64,000 nucleotides of DNA from Amoebophrya sp. A120 (Eukaryota; Protista; Dinoflagellata): NCBI GenBank assembly GCA_905178155.1, contig CAJINV010000004.1, positions 5,166,242-5,230,241 of the forward strand, in the 5' to 3' direction. Below the pieces are notes generated by a model. It was not told the DNA's origin and did not search any database. It was given only the letters and a program-made list of their open reading frames with translations. Position numbers and translations under genes: made by a program. Below, in pieces: positions 1 through 10,744 of this stretch; within the stretch, counting starts at the first letter, position 1, and every line of letters starts with the position of its first letter.

Positions 1-1749
1 GGTCGTCGATGGTATCAGACTAAAGGATTTACGGAATCAGACTTATTTATGGAATCAGGCCAATGGAATCCGGCTAAGGTATCGAATCGGCATAATGGGA
101 TCAGCTTTGCCAGTGGAATCAGACTAGTGGAATCAGGCTAGTGCTGCGCTATCCAGTCCGTGCTTTGCTTGCGCCCGCGCACGGTCGGCTGCTGGGAAAA
201 CGCAGAGGGAGCCACGGAAAAACGGCCAACATGCCTGCACATGCCAAACACTCGCCCGACAAGCCCCGCGCCCACCATTCGCTGGGGCGAGTCTTCGTTC
301 CCCCCCCCCCACACGAGCACACACCTCGACACCTTTCATACTCCCCTGCGCGAGTATGAGAAAGGGGAGGGTGGGAGGTGCCTCCCATAATCAAAGAATC
401 CAGGCAGTGCGAGGCGCCACCGCCCGTGCCGGGAGGCGCTGCTCACAGGCGGACAGAGACCGGGAAGACAGCCTCGCCGCCGGCAGGCCTCGCCCCTAGG
501 CATTGGCAGCGCCAGGTCGCTAGCCTACGGGACCCGCCCTGCTGCGACATACAGATGGCTGCGCCCTCGGGAAGCTGGCTGCCCCTAGGTCGGGAGGCGG
601 CGCCTGGGGGCGGGCGCAGGGCAGTCCCAGCCGACACTCACATGCATGCAAGCATCTGCGCCACTGCGGCCCCGACCACTTGAAACGCGAGTGGAGTCGC
701 CCCACCCAAAAATCGAAGCACCGACGGCCCCGGGCCGTGCGGCGATGTACCTGCGGGCGCAACTTTCTAGGCGGCCCACCGAACGGGCGGGGGGGGCCGC
801 CTGGTCTGTCAGTCGGTGCGCAAGGCCTTGGGCGCAGCTCCAAATCGTAGCCGGGGCGGAGCGCGGGGGGACAGACCAGGATAGGCAGGGCGGGATGGCA
901 AGCATCGACTGCGGCGGCCGCGGAACATATATAGCGCCGCGCTTCTGCGCAGTACAGACCGAGGAGGCGCTTACCATCGCCCTCGGCCTGTCTCGGCCGG
1001 ATTTCCCCAAGTAAAAACACGAAAAACGAAGCCGATTTTTGGAAATTTGCGAGAGTTCCCCCCCTATTTTTCAACAAAAATCGCAAAAAAAAGCCTTTTT
1101 TCGTTGAAGTCCGGCAATTTCGCCCCCACAAAGCATCGCGCTTTTGCGCGCTTTTCTGTTGCAACCTAGAAGCACCGCCGCGAAGAAGGAGCGCAGAGAA
1201 GTAGCACGAGGCAGAGAGCAGTAGATGGGCGCAGTTCTAGCGTCTCTTTTCTATAGTCGGCTTTTATCTTTCTAAGCGTTGAGCTTTTTATTTTTTTGAC
1301 TACTTCAGATGTCACTTTGTCAACCGGGATCGCCAACAGCAAATTGCTGGCGCGTGTCTTAATGTGGACGCTGAGGAGTGAACGGAAGCAGCTACGCAGA
1401 CACACATACCCAACATGCAAGCCAGGTCCCCAAGTAGAAACGCAACGCACAGCATGCAAGAACTGCGGGCGAAGTTGCAAGGAGACCAACGCGACCAGTT
1501 GGAGCTGCAAAACATGATGGACCAAAGCGATGCCTGCAGGGAGAGAGTATTTCGGACGCATACGATAGAGAGCGCGCGGCCACCACATTCGTCGACGTAC
1601 TCAGAGTCCGCTGCTCCTGATTCTATCCACAAGCTTGATTCTAGTATCTTGATTCTACTCATTATTCTGATTCTACTATACTGCTTCCACTTGTAGCCTG
1701 ATTCCATTAGTCTGATTCCGTTCACTAAGTCTGATTCCCTCTCTTACCC
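1..1749. mobile_element. Probable non-autonomous TIR DNA transposon inside intron 4 of GlnRS; left end at or beyond the window edge
   Basis: Arrays of GGAATCAG(A/G)CT-like motifs on + at ~11-140 and on - at ~1615-1740 (inverted subterminal repeats). GC-rich interior with no recognisable protein. Putative right end ...CTTACCC followed by TTA (1750-1752). Confidence 0.5.
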
Positions 1750-1828
1750 TTAACAATGTCATAATATGTTGCATGTTGTACTTTACAAGTATGATGTGAA
1801 AAAACAGATCATGTTTCAAATCCAATAC

Positions 1829-3573
1829 CTCGCCCCCGACTTTCGAGAAGCGGTAGAAGTCCGCGGGTGCGTTTTCCTGGAAGTCTTCTCGGTCAATGAA
1901 GATTTTGCTCGAGAAAGACAAAGCCCGCGCGCCGAAGGATTTATCGCTCGGGTGGCTGGCGCAGTCCGGGATGGTTTCCGTAGTGGAATACGTTTTGACT
2001 TCCACCTCCAACGGGTCTAGCACCACCATTCTGCGGCTGGAGATCGGGTCTAAATCTAACCGGATGCTCTCCTCTAAGAGACCCATATTCTGCATGCTGT
2101 CCGTGTTTGTCACGCCCACCGTGTCGCAGAAACGCTTGATACCTGGGCGGGGAAATCAGAAAAATGTGATGCTTTGTATCAAAAAACAAATTCTGTAAGG
2201 TCGGCGTCTTATTTGGAAAATAACAAGGACCCAAGACAGGTTCCTAGCAAGTGCTAAACGAGAGTAGCGTTGAAAAATCCGGGGAACTTCATCATCTCCA
2301 CATACCTTGCGGCCTGACTCCTCTTCTTCTGAGCCCGCAGATGGTCATCAATCGCGGGTCGTCCCAGCCCATGACTCGCTTTTCGTTTACCAAGCGAAGC
2401 AATTTCCGCTTCGAGGTGACCGCACCAACCAAATTCAACCTAGCAAATTCCGTCTGCTCCGGTCGGGACGGGATGGAGGGGATGTTTTCGATGAACCAGC
2501 GGTAGAGAATGTTGTGGTTCTCGAACTCCAGCGTGCAGATACTGTGCGTGATGTGCTCGATCGCGTCCTCCTGGCCGTGGGCGAAGTCGTAAATTGGGTA
2601 GACTTTCCACTTCGACCCCGTGCGGTGGTGGTCCGCAAACCGAATCCGGTAGATTGGCGGGTCGCGAAGGTTAAAATTCGGCGACTGCATATCAATCTTC
2701 GCGCGGAGGAGCAGGGTGCCTGGTTGATAGATGCGGTTTGAGAGATTTTTCAATTTCATGTTGCAACATATGGTATTTAGGTCGGCGTGCTGCAATCGAC
2801 TTCTCGTTCTCTTCGTGTCATGTTTCATGGATCTTTCCATCATGTAGGAGCGCACGCTTAAGAAACCTATACCTTCTGGATGCTTTCCCTCCTGCATTTC
2901 TTCGAAGAGCTTCATGTTTTCCGCCACGGACCTTTCTCGGAAGGGGCTGTTGGTCCCGTTTTCGCGGCTGGTTTTTACCTCCTCGGGCGTCTGGGAGTCC
3001 ACGTAGGCCTTGCCGACTTCGATAAGCTCTTTGGCGTACTGAAACATCAAGTCAAAGTAGTCCGACGCGTAGAACAAATTGTCTCGCCATGGCTTCTCGC
3101 CGTGCTTCACCCAGGGAAGCTCCAGTGCCTCGCAGACCCACTCGACCTGTTCATGGGGACAGCGGTAGCGGTTTGCGTTTGATGTTGAGTAGAGCTCGAT
3201 TTTATGCATAGTGCGAAAGAAGAACATTTTTGCAGCAACTTCGCTTCAGAATATCAGAAACTGAAAGAAAAAGACAGCACCAAAAACTACTATTTGAAGA
3301 TATGTGAAAAAATACGTCCTGTAGTATGCTTTCCACGTACTCCGTTTCCTCAGTCACCGGGTTTGTGTCGTCAAACCGCATGTTGCACTGCCCATCGTAC
3401 TTTTTCGCCAAGCCGAAGTTCAGCAGAATGGACTTCGCGTGCCCGATGTGCAGATACCCGTTCGGTTCCGGGGGGAACCGCGTGGTCACGGTTTTCCCGT
3501 GCGAGCGACCACCCGGTGCCAGATCATTGTCGATCTTCTTCTCCAGGAAATTCTTGCGGTTGGGGTCTTCCAT
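1829..3573 (-). CDS. QARS: Glutaminyl-tRNA synthetase, exons 1-4 (3573-3316, 3146-2873, 2719-2306, 2142-1829); remaining C-terminal exons not in window
   Basis: [17 protein letters not shown] (HIGH), [28 protein letters not shown] and WDDPRL motifs. Three canonical GT-AG introns (3147-3315, 2720-2872, 2143-2305) give in-frame joins. A fourth donor GAG|GTATTG lies at 1828. Confidence 0.95.
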
Positions 3574-4249
3574 GATGTTTTTGTTTTCAAAATGTCGCTA
3601 CGGGAATAAGTAGAAAATGAGTTTTTAGTGGGGAGAAAGGAGACACGCAGCTCACGTTCAAGTTAAAGTTATTGAAACGGTAACAATCGAAATAGTACCT
3701 CTTCTACACATCGGTATCAAAAAAGTCAAAATGTAACTTAGTTCGCTGGAAGATCAAAAAAGAAACGAAAATCTTGTCAAAAAGGCAAGCAGAGAAAAAG
3801 CGTCGATTTCTTCGTGGACTTCGTAAGAATGTTGCAGAGCGATTGATCGTCGGAAAAATACTTGATCGCGGTGAATTCAGATCTCTTTTATCGCGGTGGG
3901 CAACAGTTTCAAATCTCTGATCGCCAAGATCTAGTATATGTTCTCTTTACGTGGTATACATTCACGAAAGTGAATACAAACTTTCTAGGAGGTCTAGAAC
4001 AGCACGATTTGAGAACTCCGATGGTGAAGTTGTCGTCATGGGAGTTTGCTTCAGTGCGAATGCCTGGTGAAGCTTTTTATGTTTTTATCAATGCAAGAAC
4101 CACTACTGAGTAGTACACGACTGAGGAAAATTTGAATCCACAAAACGAGAAAGGCTAAGACAGCCTTCGCTTCTGTTTCTCTGTTTTTGTCAGGGAAAAT
4201 ACACCCCGCGCAGATAAGTTAAGAGGCAATGAAGTAGATATTTCCGTTA

Positions 4250-4458
4250 GAGTGAGGTAACAAATCAAATCCTTAAGTTACCGGGTAACATAGCGTCCGG
4301 CGGGCCGCCGGACGCTAAGTTACCCGGTTCCCAGCCGCCAGGAACGGTCCGATCCGCTGGAAGGGGCTGGCGGCTGGGAACCGGGTAACTTTGCGTCCGG
4401 CGGCCCGCCGGACGCTATGTTACCCGGTAACTTAAGGATTTGATTTGTTACCTCACTC
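4250..4458. mobile_element. Hairpin MITE (PIF/Harbinger/Tourist-like by its TTA target duplication)
   Basis: ~90-bp near-perfect terminal inverted repeats (GAGTGAGGTAAC...GTTACCTCACTC) flanked by TTA at 4247-4249 and 4459-4461. Each arm is itself palindromic. Confidence 0.88.
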
Positions 4459-4580
4459 TTATTACTTCCGCGCACGGACTTGTTCCAGAAAAGGAAAACC
4501 GCTCCACTACGTTGATTACGGACCTTTGCCGCGATGCAAAAAACAAAAAGAACTGAGTAAATACTAGATTCACCTCATGG

Positions 4581-6652
4581 TCATGATCCGCCGAGTTTCG
4601 CGCCAGCTTCTTCAGCACTGGCCGAGGGTCCTCCAGAAGAGCCCGCTTCTTTCCCCGTAGTTCCACCATCCGACATAACAGCTTCTTTCTTCCCGCCCTG
4701 TGGGTGCCTTGCTCCTGGCAGAGGACACGCGGAAATCGCCGCTGAAGAAAATGATGTCGCTGCAACATTTGTCCCCACAGCTCCTCCATTCTTCTCCGTT
4801 TCCGCATATCTTGCTCCTTCGCCCGGCAAAATAACGCGCGCGTCGAACCCCGCACTGACGACGCACTCGACGAGCGCAGCTTCGAATGCTTTTCGCCGAG
4901 CCTCCCGCTCCACCTGGTACAACGCAATTTCGTCGTCGTCCGCTTTGGAAAGTGACTGCTGGGACTGCTGAGATGAACAAGATTGATTCACTACCCCGTG
5001 ACAACTTTTGTCCTTTTTCAGCACCGCCTTCGGCTTCACCTCCCAGTACAACACCGTAACCAAACCTTTTTCCAGCTGAATCAGCACTCTGTTGACCGGA
5101 ACTTGTTTCGAGGTTTCAATCGCACCCCGAATGGCATTCACACAGGCGACGCAGCCCATGCCCTCCACCTGGAGCTCGATGATAGCCTCGCGGTCCGGGT
5201 CCGGGGAGAAGGAGTGGACGGTTTTGCCCGCGGCTTCGTCGCTCGATGGGGATGACCCTAAGTTGTTCAAACAACAAAAATCGACGCGCAATTATGACTC
5301 GAAGTGAGTAGTACTTGACGTTCATGTTCAGTTCTTGTACTTAAATCATGTTCTTCGTCTTACTTTTACCAGCATCACACGACCAAAAAAACGCCCCATT
5401 TTTAAGCAGCCACAAGTACCTCCCGCGACACTCATCTTCCGCACGATTTCGTCGTTGTTGACAAAAAACACAAATTCCGGCAGAAACGCTAGCGACAGGG
5501 CGAGAAATGACGACACCATTGCATTTTTCACGTGATCGAGGTCTCGATTTACCACCGCCGCCTGGTACATCCCGAATCCCTGGCTCAAAAACGTCAGACT
5601 CAGGAAAAACGGGCGCCACGGTCCCAGCACCGTGTTGAAGCCCGCGCACTATCGAACACAAAAGTGTTAACGTTCACGGTTTTCTTTTTCACAGAATGCA
5701 GTCACGCATGACAATTTTTGCCCAATATGCATGCTATGCATGAGAAATTCGGGCGCCTTTTGTGATGCATTACTGCATCACAAATTCCGTTAACGTTAAC
5801 ACTTTTCCCCGTGATAAGCACCCGACGGAAAACATGTTGAGAAACAGTTGTAACGCGCAGCAGCTGCCGGAGAGGGTGGAGAGAATCGTGTTGGTGGGTA
5901 AGTAGTGCAAGCTTTTCGTCACTGGGGAGAAAAGGGAAATAAACGGTGAATTTGCTACTTGTAGTTCCCTCGTTTTCTTTGACAGTTGCGCGGCCGCCCA
6001 GCCGAGCAATCCGTTCGCCGCGGTCCAGCCGAGGCAGCGGTACCCAAAATTCCTCCCCTCCGTCCAAAACACATCGTAGCGCTTGGGCGGGGATTTGGCG
6101 ACAGGTGGATCGGCACTACTTGGCGAGGACGTAGTTGTAGATGAGGTCGTGCTAAACGAAGTAGAAGATGGCTGCGACGCTGCATTCTTCGGAGATGCAG
6201 CAGGCTGCTGCGCGCCGACCGGACTCGTTTTTTTGTCCAGACCACAACTTGATGCAGTGGGACCATCCTGATCCGTCGCAGAGGAGCTGAAAGCGGACCT
6301 TTCTTCCGTTGCCTGCGCGCCCCCGTCCGCCGCGGCCCTTTCTATGGTCGTGGGTGAGGAAACTGAAACATCAGTCGATTTTGAAGGTCCGATGGCGAGC
6401 GCCTCTGCTGGGTCCGCCTCTTCTGAAGACTTCTTTTGTGGACTCGGAGATGTCGAAGGCCGTGGCTTCTTATTCCCGGATTTCGTCCTGGTTTGTTGTG
6501 CAGTCGTGGTGGAGTGTACTTATCGATCTTGTTGGAACACGACAGAAAACCAAACAGATGAGATCTAGAAGCAACTCGTAAACTGAAAAAAGGTCTTACC
6601 CTCCGCCGGCGCCAGACTTGCTTCCGCCTCCCTTGTTGCGTTTCTTCGTCAT
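4581..6652 (-). CDS. Membrane protein with MerT-like CC motif fused to a heavy-metal-associated (HMA) domain; multi-exon, 5' structure uncertain
   Basis: SGSCCALQLFLNMFSVGC|AGFNTVLGPWRPFFL is restored by removing the introner at 5650-5816. HMA motif LQVEGMGCVACV at ~5140-5175. GT-AG intron 5258-5419 gives an in-frame join. Candidate ATG at 6652. Confidence 0.72.
5650..5816. mobile_element. Introner (TIR non-canonical intron)
   Basis: TATC..AAAAGTGTTAACGT / ACGTTAACACTTTT..GATA inverted ends; flanks CGCAC/AGCAC; removing 172 nt joins VGC|AGFN in frame. Confidence 0.88.
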
Positions 6653-7747
6653 ATTCCACAGATTTCAAACGCAACGATGCAGCAAAATCAAGAAACACCA
6701 AGACGCGGCGAGAGAATAGAAGCTGCACGAGAAGAGGACACAACAACGACCGAACGCTGCATCCACTACCACGGAGAAGACAATATCAGTCCTATTTTAC
6801 TGGTTTGATCGATTGTCGGCGCGCTGCCGTGTCGTTTAAGAACATCAACAAACGCGCAACGCCTGATCCTTCACAATGAAGAAGCTTGGTATCTCCATAG
6901 CGCTGTTTTGAAACGACGAAGGAAAAACACACATTCACATTCGCCATCTGAATACCCTGCTTCCCAAAATTCATCCTACACGAAAAATCGCCCCAGGGCG
7001 TTGCCGTGTGTTCCACTTTGTTCACCTTTTTTGCTGGCACCGTGTACAGGTAAAAAAATATGTTTTTCTTTGTCACTGGTAGGTCAAGCGCATTTTTATA
7101 CAGCAGCTGCATTGAAGATTTCAATTGAGGTTTTTACCGCACGTGGAACATGAATCAATTGGAAACTGAGATTGATCAAGAAGAAACAAACGGACAAACA
7201 ATGAAGTGGAATACTCTGTTGGAAAATCAAGCAGATTTAGAATAGATGTAAAGAGACACATGAAACCCTATTCTGGAGACCGGGAAACCGCTGCAAACCC
7301 AAAACAATATCTATGCAATATCCAAACCCTGGCAGCAACAGCATCGAAAGTTACTGGATCAACATGGCCACAACTTCAATCATAGACACACAGTGCTAAT
7401 ACATTGCTATGAGTCGAAGAGATAAAAAAAAATTTCATTTTGCCGCTAGGTACCTCGTCACAAACTTTGGCATTCCTCAATTTTACAAACTCTACTCAAT
7501 GACGCTGGAATCTACTTAAGGTCTAATCAGGGTAGAATGCAAGAAACAATTCGGGGGTCGCATACCGCCCGAAACAAGATTAGTATGTGGAGTAGTGGTA
7601 GTGGAAATGTTTTCGTTTGACAAAAAAATCAAGCTAAAGCTATACCGGTAATATTCGACCTTTTCTTTATTATATCGTTTTCGCAATACATGATCATGAC
7701 ATAATTAAAGAAATCAAGACCCGAGGAAATCACGACTGCGACTCCTC

Positions 7748-10712
7748 CTAGTCGTCCCCGGTCGCGTCAGCACCGAGCTTAGCACGCAGTTCCTTTTGCT
7801 TCCGCGCATTCTCTCGCATTTTCTGATCCATCTTCTCCCACCCCAACTCGTCTGCATTATTCGTCAGCAATGTCACTTCTTGGTGCAGTTCCTGCAATTC
7901 CTGCTCCATCGCCGCGCGTTCTTCCCGCGTGTAACTTGTTGTACCCGGGTAACCAGCGTTGGTGGTACTGGTCCGGCTAGAAGTCGGATTTGCTGTGGAT
8001 GTGGGCTTGCAGCTCTGACCTTCACGAGGTTCGGGGCGGGCTGAAGTTGTGCTACTGGCCACCAGTTGCAGGCCGCCAGATGCTCCGCCGCCGTCCCCCT
8101 CCTCGGTCTTGCTCTTTTTGCTTGGTGGATTTGTCGACGATGCGCTCGTGGCAGTGTTGTTGACTGTTGTAGAAGCCCGCTTCATGTTGCTGTCAACGCC
8201 GTGTTCTGTGCGTAAGCTATTCAGGACCTCATCGAGAGATGCGTAGTAGTTGTGGGTGGACGACAGTGCTGCTGCTTCCCGATGGTGCTTCACCTGGTGC
8301 TGGCCAACGGCAACGTCGGATGCTTTTGGTTGATTTGCTTGCTTTCCAGGTGCGGAAGACGAGAGCTGCGTTTGATCATGCACAAGAACATCGCTTTTGC
8401 CTTTATTACTGGTGTACTGGTGCAGCATTGTTCCACCGGTTTTGTTGTTCAGCCCTTTGTTCCCCTGAAACTGAAACGCGGCAGATGACGAAGACGAAAC
8501 TGGAACATGATGATGTTTCACAGCAGGCGCTCCTATTTGCATCCCTTTATTCGCTTTGTTGGTTTCCATTTCAGTTTTCTGTTGATTTGTTGTTGCATTC
8601 GCGGGCACCGTCATTACTGATCCTTTTCCGAAAATGTACTTCTGCGGACCCGACTGTTGCACGGCCAGTTGCTTCATCTCCGTAGTCAACTCCCCGCTTC
8701 CCCGCAATTGCTGGGCCTGCGCAACCGACAGTGTTGGTTTCTGCTGGGGGTAATTGTACAGAAGATCGCTTTCCTTTTCCAAAATCGCCAGGTTCATGGC
8801 TGCCATCCACATTTTCCCGCACTCTACGTTTTTTGCTACTTCCCCGCACAGGTTGTCCACTAACCGCCAGGCAAACCAGTTTAGCTGCAGAATGACGGAG
8901 TGCATGTTGTTTTCTCCTAATTCTTCGATGTAGTAGCTCGCCTGCACCCCCAGTGCGTGTTCACAGTAGGCTTGCGCGTGCTGCTGGCACTGGTTAACCT
9001 CGTTTTCATCTTGCCAATTGTCACCCGTCAGATCTCGTGGCAAGGGCCGCTCCTTCCGGTGGCTCGGATGGAAGTTGCCCTGGTTGTCAATGTTCGGTTT
9101 CCAAGGGCGCACCAGCGGATGGTCCAGCAAGTGCTTCCGCGGACGGTGGGAGTTTCTTTGCGCCAAGGATTTCTCGTGGTTCTGGATCACGTTGTTCGTG
9201 TGCCGCACAAAGGGCGTCTTCACGGGTTTTGAGAACTTCTTGTAGGTGCCGGGTTTCTTGTCCTGCAAAATCACTTCGGGCGGCGCACTGTGCGTGCGAA
9301 AAGTACTAGAACCCAGCGGTGGCGCGTAGCTGGCTTGCCACGATTGTTGCTGTTCAAATGGATTCTGGCCCGGATGGAGCGCGGGTCCTCTGGAGGATTG
9401 ATTCCTATTGTTTTCCATTCGCCGTTGCTCGTTGTAGTTGTTCTTCGCTTGTTGCTCGCGGAAAAGAAGATGCTGCTGGGTTGCAGAAGCATTCTTGCGC
9501 TCCTGCTGCGCAAACTGCTTCACCTGCTGTTCGTAGTTGTCCTCCTGGCGGCTGGGCAGCAGCTTTTTCGGTTCCATCGCCAGGTGATTCTTCTGGGCGA
9601 ACTGCATGCTCAGATTGGAATTTTGCAGGCGCGGGCCCGGCGCATGATCTTCCATGGTCTTCGTCTTGTTTCCTCCATACCTGGTCAGTGATTAGAGATT
9701 GAAAGTTAAAACTTTTATAATTACTTTAGCTTGTCTTTTCTTCAGCGAGGTTAAAGTCAAACCTCATCACCGTGCACAGAAGAACGACCACGAGTACAAA
9801 AGCATCGGATCCTTCTGTAGAACATGACAAATTGCTTCGTGTTGATGTGTGATCAGTGTACCTGTGGTCCGCGATTGGCGCCGCGGGCATCTTCTTTGCC
9901 GACCGCTCAATCCTGCTACTGTTGGTTGCCATCGGAGTGACAAACTGCGCAGCTTCGCTCGGGTTCACCTGGACAATGTCTCGCGCAACAAGATGATCCC
10001 CCAAGGACTCATTCCTTCTACCGGTGAAAGTACTTATTTTATTGCCACATGCAGCACGCTGGGCACAGGCACTGTGATGGCTGGAGCGATTCGGGTTCGG
10101 CGGTAGATGAAACGCATTGGAATAATTGCCGCGCTTGTCGTCCTGGATCGGGGGCTGGTTGTGGTTGCGTGGTCGACCGCTATTTTTCATCTCTCGTCCC
10201 TACTGATCAAAAGTCTTGCGATGTTTACGAACGTTAGATGTGAACAAGAAGTTACCTCCGCTCGTTTAGCTGGCACGCTGGATACCTTCTGCAAAGACAG
10301 CGCAAATGGATTTTCAACATACTTGGCGCGAGTTGTAATTATGTGTGTTACTTTCTTTCCAGCCCTCTTTAGAGAGAGGCAGGCTCAACGAACGGTGCTT
10401 GCCTTCGCTCACAGGAGTGAGTTGTTGCGCTAGTATGGAATTTCTACAACTCTCAAGAGGCCTCAACAAGAAAGAGGATAAAAAAACGGTAACTTTCCCC
10501 GAGACAAGCGGAACCGATGATACGACCTCTTCGTAGCTTGGTTTTCCCCGAGAAGAACATCTTCCGAAAAGCAAGTGTGGAATGACAATGAGACAAACAC
10601 GTCGCAATCGGTGGTTGATGTACGTGTAGGGCAGTGGCAGACGTACTGTCCCTCCCATGAATAGAATCATTTCATTTAGCACTAGCAAAACATAAGGTGC
10701 TGCGGACGACAA
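7748..10712 (-). CDS. Low-complexity Q/N/S-rich hypothetical protein; multi-exon, 5' end uncertain (may continue the upstream gene)
   Basis: 635-aa ORF 7748-9655 joins ORF 9726-10190 in frame via GT-AG intron 9681-9861. A further CAA|GTATGT...TAG|GGA intron links it to ORF 10314-10712. Confidence 0.6.
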
Positions 10713-10744
10713 GAGTCACCACCACACGGCACAGCATGATGTGG

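Noticed and set aside
133-1725. ORFs in the GC-rich element as a transposase or other genes
   Set aside because: Short overlapping ORFs with no DDE, HUH or RT motifs. No autonomous transposase was recognised anywhere in the window.
1829-3573. Bacterial-type GlnRS as contamination or recent horizontal transfer
   Set aside because: It has canonical spliceosomal introns, and short GlnRS forms lacking the N-terminal extension occur in other alveolates, so it is not evidence of recent transfer by itself.
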